Positions 25,373 through 38,000 of a DNA stretch of 64,000 nucleotides are shown piece by piece. The stretch's first letter is position 1; each line of letters starts with the position of its first letter. The position numbers were made by a program, and so were the translations under genes. The DNA comes from Azolla caroliniana (Eukaryota > Plantae > Polypodiophyta): NCBI GenBank assembly GCA_043228905.1, contig JBHGNT010000017.1, forward strand, positions 12,214,001 through 12,278,000. The letters run 5' to 3'. Below the pieces are notes generated by a model that was given only the letters and a program-made list of their open reading frames with translations, was not told where the DNA came from and searched no databases.

Positions 25373-25924
25373 CTTGTATATGTAAATATGTATATATATT
25401 TATATATTTATTTATCTAGTCACCGGTTCGCCGGATACCGTCGGTTACTGGCTCCATCGCCGGTCCGGTTTTGGTTGGCCAAAACCCTTTACGAGTAGCT
25501 AGCCCACCTCCACTCTTAGTTCAAGTTACCTTGAACTCTCTATGCTCCACACATAGACACAAAGATAATATCTTTTGCTCCACCTTATATATGATGAGAG
25601 CTGTATTTGTCGTGCCTATGTGGGATATCTCACAAATTTCTCCTTTCCTTTTATAAACTTTATACCCTCATATCTTGACATTTAGTTGTCCGTTTCTCGT
25701 GTAATAAAGTGCATTCGAAACCTCCATCATTTTGTACTTAGATATTAAATCTATTTAAAATGTTATCTTCACAATTATTGTACTATGTGATTCATACTCG
25801 ATTTCGTACGTTTTATGGGATTTTCACACTATTGCCGAAAATCTTCACGACATCCACCCCCACCAAACCGCACGTCCTCCGGTACGTGCCAAGAAGAGAA
25901 GAAGTGAGATTTCGGCTACGATTA

Positions 25925-28900
25925 TCAATTAGATTCCTCCATGTCTTCATTTTCATCCGGCCTATTATGTTCATCGTCGAGGTAATCGAGGTCAGGATCC
26001 TTGTCTTGTCTTTTCTTGAAAATCTTTACTCTTTTTCCCGCAATGGGTACGGCCAACCTTGATCTGTCTAGTTCCGCAAGGTGGTATGTGGCATTATCGT
26101 TGGCACTTGTCACCACATATGGCCCGAACCATCTTCTTGCGAACTTCCTTGTTGTACTGTGTTGATTGTCAAGGGTGCTGTCGTAAACCAAAACCCAATC
26201 CCCTTCTTCAATCTTCTTGGGACGAAGTCGATGCGTGTTGTCGAACCGAAGTTTGTTCTTTACTCGGGCTGCCTTCATCATCTTTCACGCTTTTTCTAAA
26301 TCATCAGGTCTTCTTTCAAGTTGCCTTATCCGTGCCGCTAATAACTCTTCTCGGCTCATCTCGTTCTCCCACGGTATCGCTACCCATGAGGCGATCGTCC
26401 TTTCGATGGGCATAATCGGCTTTTGTCCATACATAAGCTCCGTCGGCATATACCCTGTCACCGAGCTATGTGTTGTTCTATCGGCCCACAAGGCATAGGG
26501 TAATAGTCGTGGCCAATTCCCGACTTGACTGTTGCATGCCCGTACGATGGCTTTAACGATAGGTCCATGCCCTCTCTCGATCTTCCCATTTGCTTCCGGA
26601 TTGTAGGCAGTCGTGAGGGAGAGCTTCACACCTAGTCTTTCGAAGAGCTCCGTCGCTTCGTGCGCGTCCAACTCCCCTCGGTCGGCCACTATCTTCCCTA
26701 CACATCCATATCGGCAAACAACATCTTCAAGTAAAAATTTACAAACGGCTGAAGTCGTCTTATTTGTCAAGGCTCATCCTTCCACTTGATTTGTCAAGTC
26801 TTCCCTTGCCAGCGCTAAGTACTTCATTTGTCCCACTCCCATTGGCATCGAGACCAAATCCACCATCCATTTGAAGTGAATGGTGAGTGGGTATGTCGGC
26901 TTTAACTCATCACGATGACGTATATTTGAATATATTTGGCAAGTTTCACATGTGGAGACGAAATGGAGTACATCTTTGTACATGCTTGGCCACCAGTACT
27001 TCTCCTTCAATTTTTCGAACGTTGCCCATGTTCCTCTATGACCTGCCCAAGCACTCTCGTGGAATTCGGTCATCAACGTCTCTTGCTCTTCTTTCTTTAC
27101 CACCACTCGACGTGGTATTCCTGTCCTTCTTTTTGGATGTCGCCAAAGGAATCCTCCCTTCAAGAAGTATTGGTAAGCTTTCTTTCGGATTCGTAGGGCC
27201 TCCTCCTTTGTCAATGAAGCATCTGTCGTCAATGTTCTTAGGAATCTACCGATGAGTAACCATTCTCCTTCGTACTCGTTCTCGTTGAAGGCGTGGAGGG
27301 TTTGCGTGTCCTGGTCTTCCGCCGACAATCGAGCCATCTTGAAGAAGTCGAGCGCGACATCTTCATCTTCCGAAACCATGTTTCTTCCATTTGAAAATCT
27401 TGCCCTCGATAGCATGTCAGCCATGGCGTTCTTCTTCCCTGCAATGTGACGGATCTCCGGGTTTAAAGACTTGATGTAGGCGATCCACCTTAGCATAGCA
27501 AGATCTGGGGTCACACATCTCGAGACCATTCCGAGAATTGGGAGACAATCTGTCTCTATTATCACTTCTGACCTGATTAGGTAATCTTTGTCCGTCTTCA
27601 CTGCCGACACAATACCCCAAAGTTCCCGCTTGACTTGGGCATATCTTTGTTGCCGTTCGCTGAGAACCTTTGCTCCGAACCGGATGGCATATTGCGCATT
27701 ATCTTCACCTTCTTGGTTGATGACCCACCTGATTCCGGTTGGACTCGTATCTACGGTCACGTAAATTGGTTTCCCTTCGGCATAGTCGGCCTTCCTTAGT
27801 GCCGGAGCTTCAAGAAGCAGTTTCTTTAATCTTCGCATCGCCTTTGTGTGCTCGTCTCGCCATTCGAACTTTATTCTTTTCTTTAGTAGTCCATATAACG
27901 GTTCGGCGACATGAGCGTAGTGAGGAATCCATATATGATAAAACGCGCACGCTCCAAGGAACCTTTGAACCTCCGTTTGGTTTTCGCATTCTTCTTTCAT
28001 GTCTTGGATTGCGTTCACTTTGGATGGCGAGGGCTTCCGGCCGTATGCTCCACACAAGTGACCTACCACCAAGATCTCCGGTTGCCCGAATGCGGATTTT
28101 TCTCCCGAAAATGTCAAATTCGCATCTTCGAGCCTTTGAAGCACCTTCTCGCAATCTTTCATATGATCCGCAATGAACTTTCTACAACCTTCCTTATCTT
28201 TCGATTCATCTTTCTCCTCATCCGAACATCCTTTTATCGGAATATCATCCAAGAATGACATCATGATGTCCGGAATGCAATCCTTCAAGACTTTATTCAT
28301 GGCATTCACCATATGAGCCACCGAGTTCGTTGCGCCTTGGGGTAAGGTACACATCCGCACAAGCCCGATCGGAGTCCTCATGGTTGTAATGTTCCGACTG
28401 TCGATCGCCAATTGGAATTGGTCATATCCGGAGTAGAGATCGCCAATGGAGTAGATGGACCGGCCCGCAAACGCTTCGGCAAATTCGTCCACGCTCGGAC
28501 CGATTCCGGCATTTCGAATTGTCACCTTGTTGACGGGTTGAAGATCTTGGATGAATCGCAATGATCCATTCTTCTTCGGCACCGTGAACCACCTATTGGA
28601 ATAAGGAGCATTCGACGGTTCTAGAATTCCCATACTCACCTTCTCCTTTAAGAGCTCGATCAGCTTCGGAAGGTGTGCTCTCGGTACCGGTATCGGTTTC
28701 AAATTCCAAGGCACATGAGGCACCGTGAAGATCACCATCGGCTCTATAACCTTTGGGTCGGCGCATCCGATTTCTCGTGGGAAGAATGCGAAAGCCTTCC
28801 CATGTCTCTCAAGCATATCGCGAAATATTCGCTCCTCTTTAGGGAGAAGGAAATCCTCCTTTCCAACTCGTAGCTTCCCCTTCGTCTTTTTGGTGAAGAC

Positions 28901-29344
28901 ATGACCTATCTTCTTTGGATCTCTTAAGCTTGGATCGTTAGCGACTTCCTTCATCTTTTGCCAGCTATCTTCCGGTAGCGGAACCGCAACTGGCTTGATC
29001 TTCTTATCCACCGTTTTATATTTCGTGTTGATGTCAGCTTCCTTCATCGAGATGCCACGATGGTATTCATCGATGATAGCATACATGTTGACGGAGTTAA
29101 CCAAAATCACGCGTTGGTTGTGAAGATAGCTCAAGTCCACGACGTCCTCGATTTCGCTGATGGTGTCGTTAAATGAGGCTTCTTCCATAATATGAGTCAC
29201 GAACTCTCCTTCTTCTATTATGTTCTCTTCTTTCAGCATCTTCTCGAATTCTTGTATCCGGCGCTTGTGCTTCTTGTCGGGTAGTACTAGTTTACATGCG
29301 CCACTAGGTGTGACACATGTTGCTTCTCCTTGCAATCCACGCAC
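25925..29344 (-). pseudogene. Family C pol (RT-RH-INT) with two in-frame TGA stops in integrase
   Basis: RT LPQGATNS...SFLDDIPIKG; RH YVTVDTSPTG; INT AGHRG..CETCQ and VADRGE; GPY motif WFGPYVV; stops at ~26774 and ~26285. Confidence 0.93.
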
Positions 29345-30963
29345 TCTTCTTTCTTGTGGGGTCTTGTGATTGCTCGAACCCTCATCTCCTCGCTGCCACC
29401 TTCCATCTCTCCGGTCTGATGTTGGCTCTCGGGCACAACTGCCGAAGTCTTCGGAACCGGTGTGGAGGGATCCCTTCGTCTGTGGTCATCGTCCTCATGA
29501 CCACTTTGGTCCTTCGATTTCTTGCCGTCACCTTCCGTCTCTCCGGTCTCACGTTGACACTCGGGCACAACTGCCGAAGTCTCAGGAAGAAATGTGGGGA
29601 GAACCTCGACACCATCGGTCACCGTCTTCTCATCCGTAGCCATCTTTCGCTCAATGTTGTTATTCACATTGTCTTCAATATTTTCTTCCCCACCACTTTC
29701 CGTCTCTTGGGTCTCATGTTGGCTCTCGGACGCAACTGCCCAAGTCTCTAGATCAAGTGTTGGGAAAGTCTCGACACGGTCATCCCCCGTGAACTCTTCC
29801 TTAGCCATCTGCGACTTGATGTCGTTTCTCGTGGCTACCGCCTCAATCACGTCGACCTCGCACTCTTTACATCCCTTGATCACGCAAGCTTCCCTCATGC
29901 TTGCACCTTCATTACTCAATATTTCGGACACAACATGTATTCTGAAATGCTCGTCCACTCTTAAAGCAGCATTTCCCGCTCTCGAGTCTTCGGCCCTTCT
30001 CTCGACCGTCGTTCCTCCATAAGTCGAGAAGGTGGCTTGTTTCACACCTTCTCCCATGGTACTGTCATACCAAACCTGGGCCTTCGTATTGGCTATACCA
30101 TTAGTCTGCATTTGTCGGGAGGTCTCCTCTTCGTCGATCACCATTTTCCTCGGTTTTGTTTTCAGCTTCTCTTCAACCTCGACTTGTGCCTTTAAGTTCA
30201 TTATTGCCTCTCTCATCAAGGCTTCTATGTTGAGTTCTTTCGAAGCTTCCCTCTTTGAGCTTTCTTCCTTCAGTGGGTTTTTATTGCCACATCCCATTCT
30301 CCTTTGAACATCCCTTGTGGGTCGTGTTGTTGTCGATGAGAGTCTCATCTCCCTCTTATCGTGTTGTCGGCATACCCTTTCCACTTTGGCCCAATCCTCA
30401 GTGAGGCCATTTTCACCATTGTCATCCTCGAGTTGGATTCCAATGGTCTTCCTTTCATTCCGATCGATTGACTTTACAAACATCAGAACTTTATTCACCC
30501 CCACCAATCTTCGATCCCGGTCCGAGAGTTGAGCGAAGCGATACTCAAACTCAATGAATGCATGCATAGCACTCTGGTGGGTCTTTCTCGATGACACCCA
30601 TTCGTGAAACTCATACAGACCTCGTCCCTTTTGCTCTTCGTAACCATATGACTCTCGTAAAGCTTCTTTGAAGGACACCCACAAATCGTGACTTTTTTGA
30701 ATCTCTTTAATCTCTTCGAAGATTGGTTCGGCCACCACTCGACAAAAGTACTCCAAACTCATCGCTTCCTCCACTCCTCTTGAATCCATTTCGGCATTGT
30801 AGGCCTTTAGAAATTTTTGGACTTTGCCTCCATCGAAAAACCCGACTCGCTCGATCATGCTTTCGACGGCTTGTTGGGCCGCATGTTGTGTTTTCCCTTC
30901 TCTTGAAAACTCCATCATCATCGTTGACATTGCCTTCATTAGATATTCCTCGTCCAGCTTCAT
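29287..30963 (-). CDS. Family C gag-like ORF (558 aa) with acidic C-terminal repeats
   Basis: Starts 15 nt after the PBS; gag-like FDGGKVQKFLKAY; three repeats ETWAVASESQHET / ETSAVVPECQRET / KTSAVVPESQHQT. Confidence 0.8.
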   Translation of the reverse strand: MKLDEEYLMKAMSTMMMEFSREGKTQHAAQQAVESMIERVGFFDGGKVQKFLKAYNAEMDSRGVEEAMSLEYFCRVVAEPIFEEIKEIQKSHDLWVSFKEALRESYGYEEQKGRGLYEFHEWVSSRKTHQSAMHAFIEFEYRFAQLSDRDRRLVGVNKVLMFVKSIDRNERKTIGIQLEDDNGENGLTEDWAKVERVCRQHDKREMRLSSTTTRPTRDVQRRMGCGNKNPLKEESSKREASKELNIEALMREAIMNLKAQVEVEEKLKTKPRKMVIDEEETSRQMQTNGIANTKAQVWYDSTMGEGVKQATFSTYGGTTVERRAEDSRAGNAALRVDEHFRIHVVSEILSNEGASMREACVIKGCKECEVDVIEAVATRNDIKSQMAKEEFTGDDRVETFPTLDLETWAVASESQHETQETESGGEENIEDNVNNNIERKMATDEKTVTDGVEVLPTFLPETSAVVPECQRETGETEGDGKKSKDQSGHEDDDHRRRDPSTPVPKTSAVVPESQHQTGEMEGGSEEMRVRAITRPHKKEECVDCKEKQHVSHLVAHVN

Positions 30964-30978
30964 CCTCCCCTACCGCTC

Positions 30979-30996
30979 TTCACGTCGGGTTCACCA
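30979..30996 (-). promoter_or_regulatory. PBS complementary to tRNA-Trp (18 nt)
   Basis: Plus strand TTCACGTCGGGTTCACCA equals the plant tRNA-Trp 3' end plus CCA; 8-nt spacer to the LTR. Confidence 0.88.
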
Positions 30997-31452
30997 ATTA
31001 ATTATGTCGTGAAGATCCATCACTACGCGCGAATCGTGAGGCGGAACCGCCGGGGTTCTGGACCAGAAGGATTTAGAGTCGATACAAGCTTTGGCGAGAA
31101 AGTACTTAAGATAGATTGGGAAAGAGAGAAGTTGAGATTAAACGATTGAGAAAGATCGATTGAACTTTTTATCTTTGGATTTAAGAAACAAGTTACACCA
31201 TCAATTTGATAACGAATTTCTTCTTCTTAATTTCATAAAAAAAACCGTGTTTTTCCTCCTCCCCCTTCCCTCTTTTATAGATGCTCTCATGCATATGATG
31301 CATGTGAGGGTACAAGACATGCATAAATTGCATGTTTGCCATTTGGCGCTTATGTATTACATGTGGTGCATGATAACCATGTCACTCATTTTAGTTCTCA
31401 TGTATGAGAATTTACATGTAAAAGTATAATGATAGAAATATAATTTCAACTA

Positions 31453-31525
31453 AATAGCATGGCTTAATGGTAAGCCAATTGACTCCTAACTTGGAGGTGC
31501 AAGGTTCGAATCCTTACTTGACCTC
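31453..31525 (+). other. tRNA-derived sequence in the family C 5' LTR
   Basis: Identical to 25300-25372. Confidence 0.7.
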
Positions 31526-32254
31526 CTTGTATATGTAAATATGTATATATATTTATATATTTATTTATCTAGTCACCGGTTCGCCGGATACCGTCGGTTA
31601 CTGGCTCCATCGCCGGTCCGGTTTTGGTTGGCCAAAACCCTTTACGAGTAGCTAGCCCACCTCCACTCTTAGTTCAAGTTACCTTGAACTCTCTATGCTC
31701 CACACATAGACACAAAGATAATATCTTTTGCTCCACCTTATATATGATGAGAGCTGTATTTGTCGTGCCTATGTGGGATATCTCACAAATTTCTCCTTTC
31801 CTTTTATAAACTTTATACCCTCATATCTTGACATTTAGTTGTCCGTTTCTCGTGTAATAAAGTGCATTCGAAACCTCCATCATTTTGTACTTAGATATTA
31901 AATCTATTTAAAATGTTATCTTCACAATTATTGTACTATGTGATTCATACTCGATTTCGTACGTTTTATGGGATTTTCACACTATTGCCGAAAATCTTCA
32001 CGACAACGCTCGGCCACAACCGAGCTTAGAATGATACACAGAAAACGGGAAATAAAATGCGACACAAAGAAGAGACGAGTACGCAGGATGTTTAACGTGG
32101 AAAACCCCAAACTAGGGGGAAAAACCACGGCAGCCCACAAGCTGCAAACTGTCACTATGTAAGAATATACAATAGTGAGTTCACTGAGGCAACGACCTCG
32201 TGCTCACAGATCTTCGCCATAGGCGGCGGTTACAACAGAGGCGACGACCTCTTT

Positions 32255-32289
<35 letters not shown>

Positions 32290-32583
32290 CACTGTTACGC
32301 ACTCACTCTATTCTTGCACCAACAAGAATGACAACAAAAAAAACTAAAAGTTTGCCCTAAGTCATATTTATACTAATATGACTTTTCGGCTATTTACAAA
32401 TATAGCCTCGATGGACTCTCAAAAAACATATTTACCAATATGTCTCCACATCCGGTTCATACCGGGTCTGCACCATCCGACTCTCCGTAGCCGGGTACTC
32501 CTCATCCGGTTCCGGCCTCGGCCTAACTTGTTCATCAACACTGTTCTTCTCGCTTTCCATCCGGAGGGACCTGTCTCCCAACA

Positions 32584-33909
32584 GGCTGTACCTTTATGGT
32601 GAGTTCCTCCACTGCATTCGTGTGCACCTTCATTTCAGTGACATTGCGTTCGTTGGCCTTTTCAATCCATTCAGTGGTCTGTTTTCGTATGGCTTCTTGT
32701 GCTTCCCACTCCGTTGTCTTTCCTTTTGATCTGGTGGTGACTTGATGTATATCCACTACTTCTGCTACCACCATATTGACTGCCGACCGTTTTTTGTTCC
32801 TTTTAATTGGGCATTGGTTGCTGTAATGGCCCTCCTGGCGGCAATAGTAGCAATATGCCTTCCGGGTATTGCTAGATTCTGCTTTTGTTTCGGTACCCTG
32901 TTGAAATCTGGTTACTACTCGGTTAGGTTCTTCTATTCTTCTTTGTTTTGGTTGGGCGTCACTTATGCCTTTATCTGGCTCTCATTGGTACTCCTTTGCT
33001 GGCTCCCGACGATCCTCTTTCCGAAAGTTCCGTTTCTTAAGAAAGTGTTTGGTTTTGTAACCTTGTTGGTGGCGGTCTTTGTAGTTTTCTCATTGGTCCT
33101 CCCTCCTCTAGTTGTAGCTAGGAGAGTAGTCGCAACCATACCGGTCATTGTTATAATCTTGGTTCCTCTCATACCGGTTCCGGTCATACGCATCCCTTCT
33201 CCGGTCGTAATCTAGTGAGTAGTCCCGTTCATATCGATATCGATTGTGGCCTTCCCTGTGTTGGTCGTCACGATCGCACGCATAGTCGTCTCGTCTTCTC
33301 TCATTGTACCGATCCCCACGTTCTGGTCGGTATCGGTCCTCCCTCCAGAACCGTTCGTCGTCCGGTTTGTGATTGCTACATGGTTCAATGATCCTCACCG
33401 GTGCCGCTTGTCGGTTGAGCAGGTTGTAATCGCATCGGTCCATTGTGTGTGCTCGTGAGTGGCAGATCATACAATACTTCCCCATTGTGCAGTCTACCAT
33501 CAAATGGCCTGGGTTTAGACACGTTGTGCATTGCAACACTTGGCGAAACCTGAGATCCTGTTGATTTGGAAGGGCCCTCTGCAGGTCTCCCATCGTCATT
33601 AGGGAGCTATGTTTATCCATTTCCAGCACCCGATCGATGCCTTGATCCATTGTGTTGGCTTGGAAATCTAGTACCCCGCACATCGTTCGGAGGGGTTCCC
33701 ATAGAGCGGCCAGAAACACCGCTTTCGCCTCCTCCTCCGGAGGTGCCCTTGTTAACTGGCTGTGTAGTGTTTGAAATTGGATGATAAATTGGGGCACTAT
33801 CTCCTGCTCCTCTTGGCCGGTTGTGTAAAACTGTCTGACTAGTTCGCGCTGTTCCACTTGCCTATGGAATAGTCGGAGGAATTTTGTTTTCAAGGCCTCA
33901 AATGTGGCA
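32584..33909 (-). pseudogene. Family A gag, central and C-terminal part
   Basis: FEALKTKFLRLF; zinc knuckles CTTCLNPGHLMVDC, CMICHSRAHTMDRC, CYYCRQEGHYSNQC; continues from 46895-47531. Confidence 0.85.
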
Positions 33910-35066
33910 GTAAAAACAAATAGCGTGCGGAAGCAATAGAAAAACAGAAAACAGAGAACAGGTTTAATGGAGAGCTTAACAGTACACGGGAGAGACAAAG
34001 AGAGCAGAACAAGAATCACAATTCAAAAAATTATATCAACAATATGTACATCGTATGTGTTCAGCAAACACTTTTATACAAGTCCATACGGACTGACAGA
34101 AGTACGGTGTACTTCAATGCTCACTCGAGCGTTTGACACTAACTACGAGAGTAATAACTCCCTAGTAGTCTAGCTGCTACTAGGCTTCCGGTTACTGATG
34201 GATCTGGCTAACCGGCTCCCCAGCTCACCGGCTCTTTTGCTCACCGGGTGCTCACCGGCTCACCGATCCGTCTCGCTCACCGGTTTAGGCTTATTCAGCC
34301 GATCCGGCTCCAATTGAGTTTGCCGCTCAACACTCCCCCTCAAGCTCAACTTGAGGTCCGGTCATAGTGTCAACGTCTGTGGCAACCGGTCCTTCTGCCC
34401 GGCTCCTTCTGGCGTCACTCCGCCTTGCTCGCGCTCCTCGTCTAGTCCAGTTCTATTTGCTGAGACCCCTCTTGTTCTGCGCACCTCGACCTCCTCGGTC
34501 GGCTTGTCTGCTCAATAGGCCCAATTTAGTTCCCTCGCTGCTGTGACTTCGGCGCGTGCCGGTTCGCCGATTCCTTCATGTTGGCGTCGACTTTCGCTGC
34601 CTTCTTGTCCTCTTGGCCTTGAATTGATCCGGTTCTTCCGAATCTGTCCGTTGAACCAAATCGATTGTCTCCGATTCGTTCCAGCTCTTGTCCGAATTGG
34701 TTGCTCCCGATTCTTCTTGTTGTTCCAGGTCCTTCACCACATCGGACCATGTCCGGGTCTTGGCCTTCTTCCTTCGGTCGGCTCTGTCCTTCTTGACTCT
34801 GCCGCTGTTGCCGCTTGTTCCGACTTGTTCGGATGTGTTGACTTCCTTTGTCGACTCGGCTCCTTTCTTCTTCTTGTCTCTCCCTTTATCGGTTCTACCC
34901 TCACCAGCACAATCAACAGTCTCTTTGCCTTTGCCTGTTGCGGTGTTTTTGCCCGTTCTCCCCCTCAAGTGTGGCACGTCAAGATGCTGAACACCAAGCA
35001 TTTTGGTGAAGTGCTGCAACTTGTCCGATCCGAGTGGTTTGGTGAAGATGTCGGCAACTTGCCGAT

Positions 35067-38000
35067 TGTTAATCCTTAGGTCCGGACAACAGCCTAACAC
35101 AGGGTGTCCACTTAAGACACTTCACCAAAGGGTGTTACAACGAGATAACTTACGACACAACGCTTAATTGGACCTTAATCGGTTACTTAGCAATACGTCA
35201 TTAACACGCGTAAGATATACAATAAGCACAGAACGGTGAACAATACTCAATGATTAAACAAAAGGTTTATATTACTCTCCGTTAATGACTACATTGTAAC
35301 CGGGCCTTTATATAGGTCACCGGTGCGAAGTACAAAACAATGCCAACCACCTATTTGGGATCGGTCCGGATCCGGATCGGCATACCGATTCCGGTTCGTT
35401 CGTTCACATCTTCTCATATATTAATATATTAAGACTAGTAATTACAACAGACTCCCAAATAACAATTCCCTTTTTCACACTCTGGTCTGGACATCTTCTA
35501 GCCCTCTTGCCGGCCGGGTAACACATGGCACGCCCGTGGGACAGTACCTTGTACATCGAATCCACTATCCAGCCCTGTTACTCTTCGTCCAAAATGTCCA
35601 GAATGCTTTGCTCCAGAGTTTCCAATGGCTCGACGGGAATATGTTGTTGCTGATGTGGCTGCTACTGATGTGGTTGCTGTGGTGGCTGCTATTGTGGCTG
35701 CTCCGACTCCGGTTGTGACTCCGATTGTTGCTCTGGCACCGGCGTTTCCTTCGTTGTTTCCTCCGTCGGAGTTGTCTCTGGTTGACTTACCTTGGCCTGG
35801 TCTCCGTTTGGTCCTTGTACCGGCGACGGTTCCTCATCACTGAGGTTGACCGTTGCCGCCTGCCTTGCTTTTTCTTCCCTAAGCCGGGACCGCTCATAGC
35901 TCTCAAACTGGATTTGAGCATCCATCTGATCGTCATCCAATTGAGCTATGAGTTGCCGGACCTGCACCAATTGCTCATCCGCCAAAGCTGTGAAATCTTC
36001 TGCCAACTCATCCTTTATGGCGGTGAAGTCCTCCGATGTGAGCATGTAACAATCGTCACCTTCCTTCTGCCGGTTTTCCGCGTCCGCCCTGAGCAACTGG
36101 AGTTCAGCCGTATTTTGTGCGCATTTCGTCCACCATTGCACGGAGCTCTCGTCAATCAAGTGTTTGGTCTTGTTTAGCCATGCCCGGAGGATGCACTAGA
36201 TCCGTTCGGTTCCCATCTGTGATTTGTTCTCCGCGGCTTGTCGCTCCTCTTTCAATTGCTTGATGATTCTGACCGTGTCCACCTCCTGCTCCCTATAATG
36301 TGACAATTGACTTTGATAGGTTGTTTGCAACTTCTGTAACACCATTGTCGCCTCTCCTTTTCTTCATGATGCTGCTTGTGGAGCTCCATCCGGTCCCTCG
36401 CCGCTTCCTCCAATAGCTTTGTATTCTCAGCCCGTTCGTCGGCAAGTGCCGTCGTGGCCCGATCAACTCCCTGCCGGAGCTCGGCCATCCTTCCCTGCTG
36501 TTGCTTATGCTCCATGTCCAAGCTCTTAAAGTTCCGGTGCAGGTGGTCAAAGTCCTATGTCTTCTGCTTCAACCTCTGGTTGATTTGCCGGCGAGCGCGG
36601 TCTTCCTGGTCCTTTTGTTGACAGAGTTCTTCTTTCAGCCTTTCGATTTCCGTTTCTGCCATCCGTCGCAGCTTGTTCTTCTCCTGCAACAATTTTTCTT
36701 TTTCCTCCTTTAGCCGCTCGTAAGCTTGATGCCCTTTCCGCAGATTTTCTTCTACCCAACGGAGGTTTTCAACAGTCTTCTTTAACTCCTCTTCTGCTGC
36801 TTTCTTCAAATCTCGTTCGTGGCCCCGTAGCGCTTCTTGTGCGGCAAGTTCATCCCTTAATTCGGCAAGCTCTTGGGCTTGCACCACATCTTTCTCCGGG
36901 ACGGTTTCTGTCTCTAGGGTCTTATTCGTATGTACATGTGTGGTTGTTTCTTTATTCTGTACATCCACCAGAGTCACCGGTGCTTGGATCTGTGTTGCGG
37001 TTAAGGCCATTTTGGCCATGTCTTCTGTGACCCGATCCAAGTCTTGTTCAAGGCACCGGATCCTTGACTGGGCTGTCTCTAGTTCATCGGTTGTGACTAG
37101 CAACCGTTCCATCTGCACTCGTTCTTCCGCCTCTACATACAGTATCACTCCGGCAACCTGCTCTCCTATCCACCGGAGCCATTGGTTGCAGGTGCCCTGT
37201 TGTTGCGTGTGCACGGAGGGTTGGTTGATGGGTTCACTTGCCAGTGGCCGGTCCCGCCTAACTCTGTTGAGCTGCAATTCCGGCTCTGCCTGCTGACCAC
37301 TTTGCCGTTCAGGTTCCGGTTGTGTTTCGGCTGGCCGCTCTTATTCTGCTTGTTCTTGGCCAGATGAGGAAGGTGGCACATGCATTATTGGCGCTTGCGT
37401 TTCGGGGCTTGCCGTTTCCTGACCCGCTAGTATTGCCTGTTGTGCAGGGGCTTCTGAGACCGGTTCCATCCGAACCGGTTCTGGTTCCTCCCTTGGCGTG
37501 GGATTCTCAGTGTGGGGTAAAGGCGTTTCATCCTTCTGTGGGTTTGAACACTTCCCGGCTGATTCTGCGATGCTCGTCGTCGGCCGCCGCTGGAGGTGCT
37601 CCGTAGGTTCTTCCTCCGTTTCCTCCTCCTAAGTCCCGGTATTCATTCTTGCTGCTAGGGTGTTCGTTTCTTGTTGCACCGGTCGGCGGAGTGTGCTCTT
37701 CAGGGGCCGTGCCGGTGTCTCCTCCTGCGTCTCCATCGGCTGCTTCCGGATGGCACGCTCCTTCGCCGCCTACTCTGTGTCGGCTGTCTTCCTCTTAGTG
37801 GTCTTGGTGGCCAACAACTGCTGTCGTTTTGAAGCAGCTTTCAGGGTGCCGTCCGTTACTCTTCCCCGCTTCTTGGTCTGGACGGGCTCGATAGGTGGCG
37901 CCAATAGGGTGAGCCATTGTGCCACCACATGCCATATTTTCCGGCCTTCTTTGGCTTCCTTACCTCTTACGGTGTCAATAGCCGCACACAATCCATCGGC

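Larger units (their letters stand above)
24852..32005 (-). mobile_element. Family C Ty3/Gypsy element, recent; 1001-bp LTRs at 24852-25852 and 31005-32005; 4-bp TSD ACGC
   Basis: LTRs TGTCG...CGACA, with only two differences spotted by eye; ACGC at 24848-24851 and 32006-32009; G-rich PPT next to the 3' LTR. Confidence 0.96.
24819..32583 (-). mobile_element. Solo Copia LTR (24819-24851 plus 32010-32583) split by family C; TSD GGCTG
   Basis: GGCTG at 24814-24818 and 32584-32588; TG...CCCAACA termini; homologous to LTR 4117-4668 (TTAACGTGGAAAA, GGGAAAAACCACGG). Confidence 0.85.
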
